57,057 bases of DNA, filler included, from Sphacelaria rigidula (GCA_964200075.2; 6 parts of 6 records of this genome joined end to end with filler, not necessarily neighbours in it), one strand, 5' to 3'. Counted from the first letter of the whole stretch, positions 1 to 12,979 are shown. A program made the numbers and translations. The notes: generated from the letters alone by a model not told the origin.

Positions 1-370
1 GGACACAATCCCGGGGAGCGGTTGATTCTCATTTCAAAATACGTTCTCATTTTTCTGGCAACCCTGTTGGATGTTGAAAAAATCCCGGAACAAGTGTTTT
101 CGAAACCCGAACGAAGGAAGCCGACGAAAGCATCCTCCGATCACCTGGTGAGAGCCGCGTCGAATGTGCGAATAGGACACATACATACGGCTTTAAACAC
201 GGGGTTTTACAAAGTTGTGGTTCTACATGCGAAGTTTGAAACCGCAATTATGAAAATTGAGCTCAAAAATTGAGCGAAGGCTCAACCCTTAGACCGCGAG
301 GTTAGTCTTTCTGGACCATGCATACTTGTTTTCACTTGAAATTGATGCCGATTCAACAGAAGACTAACCA

Positions 371-838
371 AGGCCACTTCTCATGTATAAAATGAATCTT
401 GTCGAAAAGTCCATTTTTGGCCCTTCTCCGTCGTTTTTCCCCCGAAAAGAGGGCTTGGCGGATGTTGACACCTTGGAATCACTTAGGCTCTACTCGCTGA
501 GACGGTTCCAGAGTACGTTTGCGTCTCCCGTAGGTCACAGTATCGTTCTTGGCCAAATTGCATCTTCAATAATAAACGGCAAAGTTATCAAAAAACAGGG
601 TGAAAACTGACGTTTATCTGGTAACTTGACTGTTCGTTATTGAAAATGCAAGTTCGACTAAAATCGAAACCGTGACTACGGAAAACGCAGAGGTGTTCTG
701 GAACGGCCTCGACGAGTAGAGCAAGTCATTCCAAGATGTCAGCATCCGCCGAGCCCTCTTAACGGGGGAAAAACGACGGAGAAGGCCCAAAAATGCACTT
801 TTCAACAAGTTATGTTTTTTATACATAAGAAGTAGCCT
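371..838. repeat. Long imperfect inverted repeat / foldback (arms about 371-596 and 612-838, 15-nt loop), probably a MITE-like element
   Basis: The left arm AGGCCACTTCTCATGTATAAAA...CCTTCTCCGTCGTTTTTCCCCCG...GTTATCAAAAAAC is the degenerate reverse complement of GTTTATCTGGTAAC...CGGGGGAAAAACGACGGAGAAGG...TATACATAAGAAGTAGCCT. No TSD found. Confidence 0.85.
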
Positions 839-1344
839 AAGAGCAAGGTTCATTTCTCCTCAAAACTCCCCAAAAACACGACAAAATATAAAAAAATGAA
901 TGAAAAACATTTTTGTTTTTATTTTGTTATGCACTAGCAGTTCTCCGTATGATATCGTCTTTCCCTTGTCCAAATGGTTTGCTCTGCTTCGCATTGCGCC
1001 TCCAATTTTCCTAACCTTTCTTACATTGAAATGGAATGGAAAAGGAACAGAACAGACAGACGCCCCCACAACAGTGGTGTTCGTTTTTTTCGATAATATG
1101 GAAGCTTTCATCACGGTGAGGTATACGTTCTACTAGTTGAAGTCCTGTTCCGCAGTTTCAATTATCTCGAGCTCAGACAGGAGGTCATCGTGGGAATAGG
1201 GTCGGGCACTGTTAGCTTCAATAGCTCGCTTCACGGGCGATGCCGCACATGGGAGACAGCTGCATGACGCATGACATTCGTCACAGCACACAGGAGTGAA
1301 AGGCCGCCTCTGCTGCTGTCATGGCTACCTGCATCTTGGGCGAA

Positions 1345-2252
1345 AATAAAATTATTTGCGCGAAGGGCGATTATGTCCGAGCGTTCAAGATCAGCACCCT
1401 GCAAACACTGAGGGCCCGTTCGAAATCAGCAGAAGAACTTAAACATGGGACATATCTTGTCTCACTGTACTGCAGCACAAACACACTCACTTCCGCTCTC
1501 ATGTGCTGTAGCTATCACTGTTCTGGGGTGTGTTTAGACCTTGCGAAGACGGTTTGGTCTCCGCTGAGATTGCTTGATGTGCTGTATTGTTGTGTTGGTC
1601 TCTCTGTAACCAAGCTGTGACATCTAGTATCAGTCAAGACGCAGTGCTGTCTACACACTTGACTATTGATAATTGAAAATTTCATGTTACCCGGACCCAT
1701 CACTTGCGCGATACCGAACACTGCTGGGTGAAGGCACGCAACCAGCACCAGTGTACACCGCTCGACCGGCTGGGCCAGACCTCATGCTCCGATGAAAGGA
1801 GCGACGCATAGTACTGTGCGGATATACTGCACCGCCAGGGTACTGCTTGCACCCGTCAGTCAGCATGACGGCTGCTGCCGTTGCCATCGGCACCAGCGCT
1901 CGCGGCCCCGGCAAGACACGGCACAGGATCCATACATGCGGATAATTTTGTAGTGAATAAAACTATTTGCGCGAAGGGCGATTATGTCCGAGCGTTCAAG
2001 ATCAGCACCTTGCAAACACTCCCGTTCGGAATCAGCGGAAGAACTTAAACATGGGACATATCTCGTCTCACTGTGCTACAACACAAACACACTCACTTCC
2101 GCTCGCATGTGCTGTAGCTATCACTGTTCTGGGGTGTGTTTAGACCTTGCGAAGACGGTTTGGTCTCCGCTGAGATTGCTTGATGTGCTGTATTGTTGTG
2201 TTGGTCTCTCTGTAACCAAGCTGTAACATATAGTATCAGTCAGGACGCTGTG
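1345..2252. repeat. Pair of ~300-bp direct repeats (1345-1646 and 1956-2252) around a 309-bp unique spacer
   Basis: AATAAAA(T/C)TATTTGCGCGAAGGGCG...GTATCAGTCA(A/G)GACGC occurs twice at high identity, and ORF-track peptides 1321..1620 and 1984..2226 are near-identical. Confidence 0.9.
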
Positions 2253-4794
2253 ATTTTGCAACAAGAGAAGCTCATGCATACTGTATACAGTCCATCTTCA
2301 GGTTCTAAAACTAGAAAACACAGCAGAACTGCCGTGTTGTCTTGTGTTCAGGGTAGTACTATGTTCTCCATAATATACCTCTGCAGAATTGTCTTGTTTT
2401 CAGTGTAGTAAACTGTATTCCATATAATGGGGTCATGTCTTGTGCAGTTTTTTGGAAAGTTCTGTTTTTTTTTTTCAAGTATTCCGAAAAAACGAGAGTG
2501 TTTTCTGTCAGAGGAATCTAATGCCGAATCTTGAATAGCCTGAGACAACGACCAATTTGAAAATTGGAAAAATAAAATAGAAGAAATAAATCCAAACAAC
2601 CATTCAACTATCCCATTCCATCCCCAACCGATCATTAATTAATTAATTAATTATATACTTTATTTATATTCACTTTATATAAGAAATATATAGCACAATT
2701 CTAAAAAACCGAGACGCGATATCCAGATTTAGTTCATCTAGTGTCTCTGCTCGTAATAAATTGATTTGAGTGTGAAGCTCATGTGCGCCATATCTCGAAA
2801 TAGATGACGAATTAGGTGAAGGTGAGGGTATCTGTCGTCTCCCCGTGCTCCAGGGAATATCCACACCAAAAATCATCGTCATCCGCCGACTGTATCGTTT
2901 GGGGTGTCATAGATTATGCTAGTACAGACGCTATCTCAGTACGGTGTAGGAGTTACTAGACATGGAGTTTAATCAACGAGAAAATACTGGCGCAGACTTT
3001 TGAGCAGATGGGCATGTCCCCCTCGATTAGACGATTCATACGATACGCGGAGCACCGCCCAACTCGTCTGCCCAGCTCGTATCTTTTTTTGTTGGCAAAA
3101 GCTTGAGTGCCTTCTTTCAAGGTAAGGGTTGAGTAGGGTGGGCGACAGAATTGCGTAGGTGCTCATGGACAGTAATGACAGTACTGTGCTGTCTGTACAG
3201 TACGTTGCCCGCTTCTTGTTCACTTTCTTCTGTACGAAAACCCACGCATGCACAAACTACATGCAGGCAGTAATTACAGTGCTGTACTTAATCGCAAGTG
3301 CAAGTACCGCTTCGCGAATTCCACCGTTGTTTTGCGTTTCTGCGCTTATGTATTGCAGAAGGTATTTGCTCATGTGGACATCTCAGATGAACGTTCATTC
3401 CTCAGATATCAACCTGGGATGTGGTGTGCCAAATAAATGTCCACCTTGGATATCCACATCCCAGATGGAGGTTTACACGATAATGCAAGGCTCCCTAGTC
3501 GATGGATACTACGATGTAGACAATATATCAATATTTTGATATGAGCCGATAAGGTCTGATGAGCATCGCTACTAGTTGCAAGTGAGTTTTGCGTACGAGC
3601 GTGCGTCCTATGCCTCACAGACGCGTACTTCTTGATGCTGCGCCAGTGGAGCAGATCGGTAGCTTGTGTACCAGCGAGTGCGCATACAACAGTGCGGCGT
3701 GTACAGCACCTACTTAGTGGTACTAGCATTCTTGTAGTCGTCCTTTTCTCGGGGTGGAGAACACGTGCGATCATCCACGCATGAGCTCAATATTCCTCTT
3801 CAAATAATCGCCTGTTCCCAATACATGAACCCGATGAGCCACTGCACTGAATCACGAACAAAATCCAAATATATTCTGTATATAGATATACTCAATCCCT
3901 TGAATCAATGTTGCCACAAGGCAGTCCATTAGCATCCAGTGACGCGCTTTTCTGCCTCTGTTCGCCGAGTTAGCAACGCCATCGTAACAAGACAATCAAA
4001 GACAACGCACATCACGCCACTTTGGCACGGTGATAGGATTACTCCCTTAACAGAGAGTGCCTGCGGTACCACGTCCAGCCGCAACGATCATGCGCATGTT
4101 TTACTAGACTCCGAGAAACCATTACCTCTGTCTTCTCACGACGATTGTACTGCGCATCCAATCCCCCGTGTTCCAGCTGCGGAGACCCAAGTTTCGATCG
4201 ACTTAACTTGGTTTACCGCGTGTATATCCATGCGCGCGCGGACTTACTGAGTCCAATCTCATCATTGGTGTCTGGTGGACGATCTTTCTCATGTCGAGGC
4301 AAGATATATTGACCCCAAATTTGTCAACCGTGGGACTATATCCTTGTTGCTGCTGCTTTGAGTTGACGTAAAAGCGATACCTGTTTACGGTGGGAAAGAC
4401 TGCGCCCCTACGTTCAGAGTTTCATGTCGAGTCGCTTACTGAGACGGATGACCTAGTTATAGCTTGGACCAGCAGCAGTGGAATCGCCTTTGGTCACCCT
4501 TTCACTCTACGAAACATACCGAAGACAATTGACGCGAGAAAAACGGAATCGGTAAAATTACACCAGCGTGACAGGCGCAAGAACTCTCTCTCTCTCTCTC
4601 TCCCTCTCTCTCGAATGTGACTGTCCACTCAGACACAGATGCGCCGTTCCAACCCCCGGAAACATGAATAGAGCCAAAAGCTGTGATTCGAGAAAACAGA
4701 AAAATACACAAAAGTTCGAGAAATGCAATCAAGGTTACCCGAGGTGCCACATAAACAAAGCACCTGAACATATACCGAAACACCCCCCGTCGTA

Positions 4795-7700
4795 TCATTG
4801 GGCGGCGTAGTCTCCATCTATCTCTCCCGGTGCGCCCCTTCGGAGCCCCTCCCCCGACATTTCCCTTTCCACCCCCCAGTCTTCCGGTGGTCCTGCAGCG
4901 GCCATTTCCATTTCGCGAGCCTCCTCTTGCATGACGTCAGCGTAGCCTATCGAAAGGCGAGTTAGCAATCCCGCGTCGGGCCGGTGGCCAGCACCCTCCA
5001 TAGCCTGACACGCGACGAGGACATTCATCATCGGGCGAGTTCCATTCGCAGCGCGCGAGTGTGCAAGAGGATGCTTCATGTTTCGTTTTTTTCGTCACAA
5101 GTACAGCTAGCTCCTATCCTTCCTCGGGACGAGCCCATGGTCTCAAGGGATCAATCCACCCCTTTCCCTGGTATTTTAGTCTTGAAAAACAAATCTGGTT
5201 GAACATATTTTTTGTGTCAAGTTTTGTATCTGAAAATGCCGATGGGTACGTACTTTTGAGGAACGGTGCTAAGGCGGCTTTGGGATGTAGCGAAGTATCA
5301 CGCCAGAGATTGCCGCCCTCGTGAAACACGAAGCGGCACCTCTCCCTTACACCCATTTCATCGAGTAAAGAAAGTGAGCGGGACACACGCGAGACACACA
5401 GCAAGACACACCTGCGCAACTTCCAGAGCTTCTCCAACTCTCCCGGCGCCAACACACGCGCGCATCACAGATTGGTACGCGTCCACCGGCGGTCGAATCC
5501 CTGCGACCTCCATATCCGACAACAAAGCGCACGCTCGCTCCCACTCCACCCCTTCCCCACGACCGGCGGTAGCTTCGACGGAATCGATCATGATCGGGAT
5601 TCTTTCGCGGGGTGGGGATTTGCCGCTCACGACAGCAGCATCTGCTGGAGTCGAGCTCCCTTTGGGTTGTGTGGGAGACACAGAGATGGGTGAGGAATCA
5701 CTCTCGTTGCGGGTAACCGATGCCGCGGCTTTCATTGTACCAGGTATTTCTACCGTTCCTGGTGCCCTCGCCGACGATGGCATCCGCTCTCGCTCTCCGA
5801 GCCCCGTGACTGTCGGGGTAACAGACGATGTACTCGCATCCTCTTCCCCGTACGATCCCGAAACAGGATCGGTATCGCCAGTTCCAACAACCCCTTCCGC
5901 CGCAACGGAACCAGACCGCGTCGGCATCGATCGTCGCCACGCCTCATCCTCGGCCCCCTTCTCGGCGTCCACCACATTACCATCCTCTCGTCGCGTAGGT
6001 GAACCCGACGGTTGCGAACGCCTTCGGTTCCCTTTTCCGACCTCTTCTACTTCGACTCTCGCCTTGACTTTTTTAGCAGCCTCGGCTGTCTCCGCGAAGC
6101 CCTCGTCGACTACATCTTCCCGGAGAGGGCTCTCCTTCCGTCCCCCCGACACGCTGACCCACCTAATACCGTCGTCCTTCTCTTGAGGGATACGGGGTCG
6201 AGGAAGCGGGGATCGGTGTTTCGTTGTCTGCTGTGCTGTCGCCGATCGCGGAATCTGTTCGTTCTCCCAAGCCTTCTTGCCTCCGTCGTCACCGCTACCA
6301 AGACTATCTTTCTCGTTCTCCCACCAAACACCACCTGAAACGTCCTTGACTGGCCTGACAGTAGACGATGCATCTGGTGCTGTGATTTTCGGGAGGCTTC
6401 CCGACATTGTGTCAGGTTCGTGCGAGTCGGCAACGGCGCTCACCGTGTCTGTTTGCGTCGATAGCGCTGGCGGCAGGGTGGGGTTGCAACAGGCCTTGAT
6501 CGCCAGCGTGTAGGACAAAGCCGAGAGGACAAAACGCTCCATTTTCATCCAGCGAAGGACGTCTCGAGCCAGAGAGCCGTCGCCCACCGTGGCGCATGCC
6601 TGATATTTTGTGACATTGTTTAATCCATGATGCGGTGCAACGAATTGATGAATAAATCAGGGATAGATAGGACAGGACACGTGAAATTCCTGTCCCGACA
6701 AACCCTCCTGGGGAGGGGAGGTGGGGCTGAAAGAAATACATGAACTTTTTGAAAATGCAAAATTTGACACTGGGAGCTGTATTGGAAATGGGGCGCGTTT
6801 GAGAGGTGCCACGTGAGTTTGTGCCTTTCAACAAACGCAACATCTTCGCACATGAAAGACATGGTAGGGGAACAACGAGTTGGTCCTGGAAGATACATTC
6901 GTCCGACCCGCGGTCACTTGCGAAGAACGTGGCCGACCCTTGCGAAGGACGCTTCAGGCCCTTGAGTGCAACCTTTTTGACAGAATGTTCCCACCCCTTA
7001 GCATACAAGCAGCAAAGCAAATTCGAGACGAATGTGTGTGTTGCAATATAGTATCTTCAAATATCAAGATCCAGCCTAGCCTCGTGCCGTGATTTGGTCT
7101 TGCTCTACTGTTCCGCTGTTCGGGAATCAAGTTGTTACGGCACTACCCGTCACTAAACTCAAGCCCAGAAATCGGTGCAATCCACACTAAAATCAAGTAC
7201 TTATTGTACTCCACACTGAACCCAGGTAGTCAACATTCGCTACACTGACATCAAGCATTTAGTACTGCTCTCCTCCCCCCTCCGCCCCCCTTTTTTCTCT
7301 TGAATTTTCAGTATTTTTCAGCGTACGTTCTTGACTTCATCCTACCGCTAAGAATATAATCAAAATGTGAAACCGAATCATAGGCATGAGATGCATCATG
7401 AAATCGAAATACACAGTCGTGTCGTCCATTGCGCACCAGTCGTGCCATGGCACACTGATCTCGCGCTACGTGTTCGTTACTTGAATCGTAAATCGAGAAA
7501 GTGGGTGCCGTTGCTTCCCAATTGGGTATTTTGTCATGACTATAAATATAAATTATATTGCGCGTTCGGGAGCCCTCAATCCGACAACCTCCTACTGGTT
7601 GTGGTGATGACCATGTTTCACCCTTCCCACCTCGAGCATCGCATTGTACACGGCTTCAAGTCCCCGGTTGAAGCGCGGAGGTATATCTGGCCTCTCCAAG

Positions 7701-8646
7701 CCCTCTCGAGCGGCCTTCGTTGCTGCGGCCAGAGCCGCTGCAGCGATGTCATCGGGAGGGTCGACAGAAGCACCGTCTGATTTCCTGGCTTCGAGAAAGA
7801 GTTCCTTGGCAGCCTCTTTCTCGCCCGCCTCTGCACAGACCTTGATCGCCGCACTGTACGATTGTTTTTCAATGACGTTCGACATGGCGCGTAGTCCGTG
7901 ATCGTCGCACAACGTGCGGCGGGCGGGTGGTAGAAGCGGCAGCAGCGGCGGTGGCACGGGCGGTGGGAACGGGGTCGTGAGCTCTCGCTTGGTTCACACC
8001 TGGTATCACTCTTGATGAGGAACCTGACCGATAGGTCGAGAACTTTGAAGCATTGCCGATGCACCCACTGTAATTCAGTTGCACGTGGTCGTTTGTGGTG
8101 GACAAACCAGGTACGTGCACGAATGATGAGATCAACACACGCGAAGTTCACCACAACCACTACCACTACCAACAGCACTGAAAGTAAAGAAAAAAAAAAC
8201 GCAACATCCTCTCACCTGTACAAGAACAAGCTAACTCCCGTGCCGCCACGACTCCGGTCCCACTGGATTAGATCTCGCGCAACCTCACTCGCGGCAACAT
8301 ACCCCTCTCTACCCTTCCACCCCCCACCCTCACCCCCACCCCCACCGCTGCCCTCGTCGGGTCCACATACCCGCAGCGCTCGGATAGTCTCAGCGTACAC
8401 TTCTTCATCTTCCTCTACGACTCCCGCCCAACGCATGCGCTCCAGCACGCCAAGCACAGCTGTCGGGCCCGCGCGCCCTAAGCCGCAGGCCCGGACGGCT
8501 GCAGCGTAGGTGCTCACCGTGTTCTCCCTCGCTCGCCGCTCGGAGTCAGAGGTCTTGCTGTCGGACTTCCCGGCGTGAATGGGCATCCCGGTGTCCGGGT
8601 CTATTTGTACCTCTATGGCTATGTCGACGTCGTGTATCCCGCGGAC
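4795..8646 (-). CDS. Pentatricopeptide-repeat (PPR) protein, 3' part; exons 8646-8216, 7853-7631, 6599-5412, 5004-4795 (stop)
   Basis: GT-AG introns with compatible phases. Splicing restores PPR-like motifs across the junctions: LFLY|SAAIKVCAEAGEKEAAKELF, VYNAMLE|ACATVGDGSLARDVLRWM, AYQSVMRACVGAGRVGEALEVAQ|AMEGAGHRPD. The 5' exons were not found. Confidence 0.85.
7150..7265. repeat. Degenerate ~30-bp tandem repeat, about 4 copies, intronic
   Basis: CACTAAACTCAAG, CACACTAAAATCAAG, CACACTGAACCCAGG and TACACTGACATCAAG recur at about 30-bp spacing. Confidence 0.5.
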
Positions 8647-8811
8647 CTGTTTTCGGGGAGGGGTGTTTGCCCCCCATTTTATTGTGGTCGTTGATAATAT
8701 GATATCATGGGGTGGGGAGGTATTGAAGACGGAGGGGGGGCAGGGGTGGGGGAGGGGTTAGGGAAGGAAAATCTGAATGGAAACCTCCGTTGAAAGTCAT
8801 GCAGAAACTTG

Positions 8812-9134
8812 CAAGGTTAATCTCTGTAGGGTAAGGGTATGTTCGGTAGGGTATGATATTTTTTTACACAATTTGTAGTGCCGGGTACCCGGTTAGAAGT
8901 CTCACTGAACCTACAGAACCTGTCGGGTACGGCATGTAGGTTGGACAGAAAACCTCATCCGCAACCGGGTATTTCTACAAGGTTATACCCGTGTCCCGGG
9001 TAAGGGTAAAAGTTCCGTGCAAATCCCACAGGCCTATCGGATACCGATACGGGAGGCTTAGATAACTCACAGCCCTCTCGGGCACGGGCAATATCCGGCT
9101 TATTACCCCAGGTATACAGAAAAACGCACCCTTG
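8812..9134. mobile_element. Non-autonomous DNA transposon (323 bp), CAAGG...CCTTG ends, perfect 8-bp TSD
   Basis: GAAACTTG at 8804-8811 and 9135-9142; imperfect TIRs CAAGGTTAATCTCTGTA / revcomp CAAGGGTGCGTTTTTCTGTA. The same terminus (CAAGGGTGCG) recurs at 46260. Confidence 0.8.
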
Positions 9135-9428
9135 GAAACTTGTGTGCACTCGGTGCAGTTGGCACTAACGAGTAGCGCCGGTAATCAACCGCACAAGCGA
9201 TTGGACAGCCCCGCATGTCCATGCCGCACGTGGTGTGGCATTGTACATTTTTTGCTGCCTCATATACCACGCACGCGTATTGAAAGATAATTATCAGCAT
9301 TAGCCACCACGTTGTTTCTCTCATTACAGGCCTAGTATATACCCTGTTTTGCCCATAAAGCCGGGGCGGGGCACGCCGGGTTTCCGCCGGACCAGGCTCG
9401 CTCTCAATCACCAAGCGCGAAGCGCCGT

Positions 9429-9528
9429 NNNNNNNNNNNNNNNNNNNNNNNNNNNNNNNNNNNNNNNNNNNNTTAATTAATTAANNNNNNNNNNNNNNNN
9501 NNNNNNNNNNNNNNNNNNNNNNNNNNNN
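9429..9528. other. Artificial scaffold linker N44-TTAATTAATTAA-N44
   Basis: The same 100-bp structure occurs five times; TTAATTAATTAA has stop codons in all six frames. Confidence 0.98.
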
Positions 9529-10499
9529 GTGCGGAGTTGGGGTTCTCCCACGCCGCACAACATGATCTAGCTCGGCTACCATCATACAAATTAGAAGGGG
9601 GTGGGGGAAAAGGGGGCACGGTGTTCCAGTCGTTTCCGAGGGCCGGGCACCTGCTGGCAGCGCAAATCGGACCCGGGTACAACTTGCAGCCGATGTATGA
9701 AGAAACTAGGAACCAACAAAGTTTGAGCTACAATGCAAATTCTGTACGCTCAGGGATCAACGGCGAAAACATCATCCGTGAGACACATGACTTTCAACAT
9801 TACCTCTATTCAAGAAGGGGGCAGGGACCTTGCATTCAGCGCGGTGGAGCTTAACAAGTAACGCTTTTTTTGGTCTACAGAAGGCATTTTTCGAGTGGTC
9901 AGGGAGGGACGACTACCATAGCCGAAAAATGAAAATTTGAATTCCTTGTCGAAATGTGACCATTTTCACTCAGGCATCAAATCATGTTTCATGTCGGCTG
10001 ATGAAAATAACCGCAAAATCCATATATCATTAACCCTTACACAGCGATGCCCCCGCTGGTGAACGGAGTTGGACTGTGCCACATTTGGAGTTCACAACAG
10101 CTTTTTTCTCGCGACACAAAATGCCTTCTTCACGGATATGTGGATATTTGACATCTAGATAGAAAATAGCCCCGGAGAACCCCTGACCAGTTTTGATCCT
10201 GCCGTCAATGGCGTGCAGGATCAGTATGTATGTATGTTGTATTTCTTCGCTGGATAGAAGGGCAATAGATAGTATAAGCGCGCCGTCGCTCTCGACTGAA
10301 CACAATCAACTGCGTGTTGCTAATGCCTCTGCTTCGTGTTTGAAAACACTACAGATAGTGTGAAGCTATGCTGGCAACACATATGAGGCGTCAGACAGGG
10401 GGCACAGACCTCGAGCCAAGTGCGGAGCAGGTTACTTGTACGCATGTAATCTATGCTTGTACTGCCATGGCCAAAATGAAATATGCCAGTAGACAGCGA

Positions 10500-10745
10500 A
10501 GTGGTCCACCTGTGGGGGAACTACGTGTTGATTTCGACGGCCATGATTGGTCATGGTCATTCCGCGCCTCTCGGTCCTCGTTCCTGGCTTAGAATTTTCC
10601 GCGGGAAACTTTCACAGACGCATGGTTGACGTGGTGAGCTCTTTCGGCTGCTCTGCGGACAGACCCCCCCCACCCCCCCTCCCCTCAAAACCCATCCCAC
10701 CGGTCACTGGAACCCCCCGACTGTCTCCAGACTTGCCAGCCTGTG
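10500..10745. repeat. Dispersed repeat; related inverted copy at about 42724-42968
   Basis: The revcomp of this segment (GGGGGGTTCCAG...AGCTCACCACGTCAACCATG...AAGTTTCCCGCGGAAAATTCTAAGCCAGGAACG...ACAGGTGGA) aligns by eye to GGGGGTTCCAG...AGCTCACCAAGTCAACCATG...AAGTTTCCCACGGAAAATTATAAGCCGGGAACG...ACAGGTGGA. Confidence 0.75.
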
Positions 10746-11172
10746 AAACTGCTCCGAGGCGACGCTCGCTGTCTGAGGGGTAACTGGGGTGTGATATCAC
10801 GCCGGAAGGAAAAATTCCCAACAAGTATCTTCGTTTGCGCGACATGCAGCAATACGCCCAGTAAAGGAACGAGCGGCTTTCGACTCCCAATGTAGGCACG
10901 ACTTGACAATAGTTTTGACGCATGCCCAGTAGTACGACTTGTAGTGGTACCGTCAGGAATAGAAAACAACTATTTTCTTAGGGCGGCCGATGAGGACGAG
11001 CTCCTTGCAGGCCACTTCGAATGGAACATGAAAGACATCAACGCGATAAGTCATAGCACTGCTGACGTGCTCAGCAGAGCGCACGATGAAATGACTTGCA
11101 ACCCACAACATCTGAATTCGTCTCCTCTAACAAGTTTTCGCACAAAAGATATGCCGTGTTTTATACTCATTC

Positions 11173-11332
11173 CACACCTTGGACAATATACGGTCAATAG
11201 TTGCAGTAGACAACAAAAGTACTACCTAAAGTATAGGCGTATGGGCAATAGTTGCAATAGGCCTATACTTTATGCAGTACACTTCTCGTCTATTGCACCT
11301 ATTGACCATATATTTATGTTGTCCAGGGTGTG
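11173..11332. mobile_element. MITE, TIR consensus CACACCCTGGACAA, 8-bp TSD (7/8 match)
   Basis: CACACCTTGGACAA ... TTGTCCAGGGTGTG, flanked by ACTCATTC / AATCATTC. Confidence 0.8.
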
Positions 11333-11471
11333 AATCATTCTGGCATGAGGTATCCCACAAAGGGACTGACGAGAGATACCTAACGTGCACGATCATAGGA
11401 GACACAAAAGCACAGAGACGTACGAGAACACACTGACGCTGAACGCCCCTACTAGCAAAGAGACGCCTTAC

Positions 11472-12946
11472 ATCTATCGTCTCGTTCATAGCTGCAACGA
11501 AGGTATCCTCCAAAGCGCACGTCTTCAACCCCTCGTCGTCCTCCTTGTAGAACGTTGCCCCCCAGTTTCGTGCGATCATCAACGCGATCTTCAGCTCCTC
11601 GTCCCAGCTGGTTGTTCGAGATCGAGAGAAAGTCATAATCCATGGAGAAACAGGCAACAGGCAGAGTGACACAGACATACAGTCAGATAGTCCGGGAGAG
11701 AGTCAAATAGAGAACCAGCGAGAAAGCCCAAAAGTCAGGGAAACGGATGAGAATAGAGAGATATGGGGTGAAGGACAAGGCATTCGAGGACAGAGCGAAG
11801 GCGGGAAAAAAGAAAAAAATCATACACGAAATAGAGACCCTAGAGAGAGGGGACAGCAATGGGGAGGGCAGGAGAGACAAGGGCAAGGAAGCGCGATCAC
11901 AACTGTACGTCAGTTGTTCAATGTTTATTTATCTCGTCTTTGTCGAACTCTCAATGCTCTCCCGTACCCCCTCAAGCCTCGGTGTGAGGCCGTAATCTTC
12001 CAGCGGTCGACCCACTATATCTCTCCCGGAACTGGTGGCCTTGAAAAAATTAATAGATAAATCGATCGATTGGTTGGTTGGTTGATGCAGCACACATGAA
12101 TTCATTCCGATATGAGTCATAATTCAGTCGTTGTCACAACGTGGGCGACAAATGTACCCTATAATAGGTAATCGAACGGAAACACTCACCAAAGATGGGG
12201 GAAAAAAATCAAGAGAAAACGGGATAGATATGTTAACGCTATCGGAAAGAGGCCGAAAGTAAAGCAAGCAAGCACGCTACCAAGCAGGAAATCCGAACCG
12301 CGGTGCTTGCAGCTGAATCCTACAGCAACGCCAGTAGAGGAACCCTCCCCTTCCACCCAATTAATAAATAACAGCGCACCTTCCTCTGAAATACCATCCC
12401 GGCCTGCCGGTGCCCTCGTAAATTCTCCGTGCAGCGTCCACGAAGTCGGACCATTCCCAACCAACCTCCCCGGGACCAGGAGGTGGATCGATCCCCAAAC
12501 TGCTGAAGGTGGTTTTATTGTAGGCCAAGACACGAGTATCCGACACCAAAGGCACGGCGACCCACTTTGACAGATAATTGAAGTCTTGAGGGAAAAGGCG
12601 TGTGAGAGGAAAAAAAAAAAGAAGTCATAAATACCACCCCCCACCCCATCCCAACCACCACGAAGGTCAAAAATGAGAAGGAGAAGAAATAAATAACAGC
12701 AACGAAAGGGCAACAAAGGAGAATACGACGAACACGAGACGGAACAACACAGGGAGTCGGGAAAAAACGAAGGGAGGCGTCCATTAGCGTCAAGTGGCGA
12801 GATCATATAACAGAAATAGAGACATTTTTGCTGTTAGATCGGTCAATTCTGCCTGTGCTTTGTTTTTGCTTACTTTTATTTTCTTACGTCCTCGTCTACT
12901 ATGCCGTTCTGTTCGACTTTTTCTGTTCCTTCTTTTTCTTCAGCGA

Positions 12947-12979
<33 letters not shown>

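Noticed and set aside
2634-2653. (TTAA)n run resembling the linker
   Set aside because: Not flanked by Ns and off the 9.5-kb period; a simple microsatellite.
5266-6186. 306-aa plus-strand ORF
   Set aside because: Antisense shadow of the GC-rich PPR exon; no recognisable motif.
9529-9655. Possible downstream exon of the solute-binding gene (CPALGNDWNTVPP...)
   Set aside because: Phase is incompatible with the last supported exon and no linking exon was found.
10030-10060. TTAA-CCCTT piggyBac-like end
   Set aside because: No matching opposite terminus with a TTAA TSD was found.
11929-12120. Possible extra exon of the solute-binding gene
   Set aside because: The flanking exons already join in phase (RG|SWDEE) and this segment does not fit the phases.
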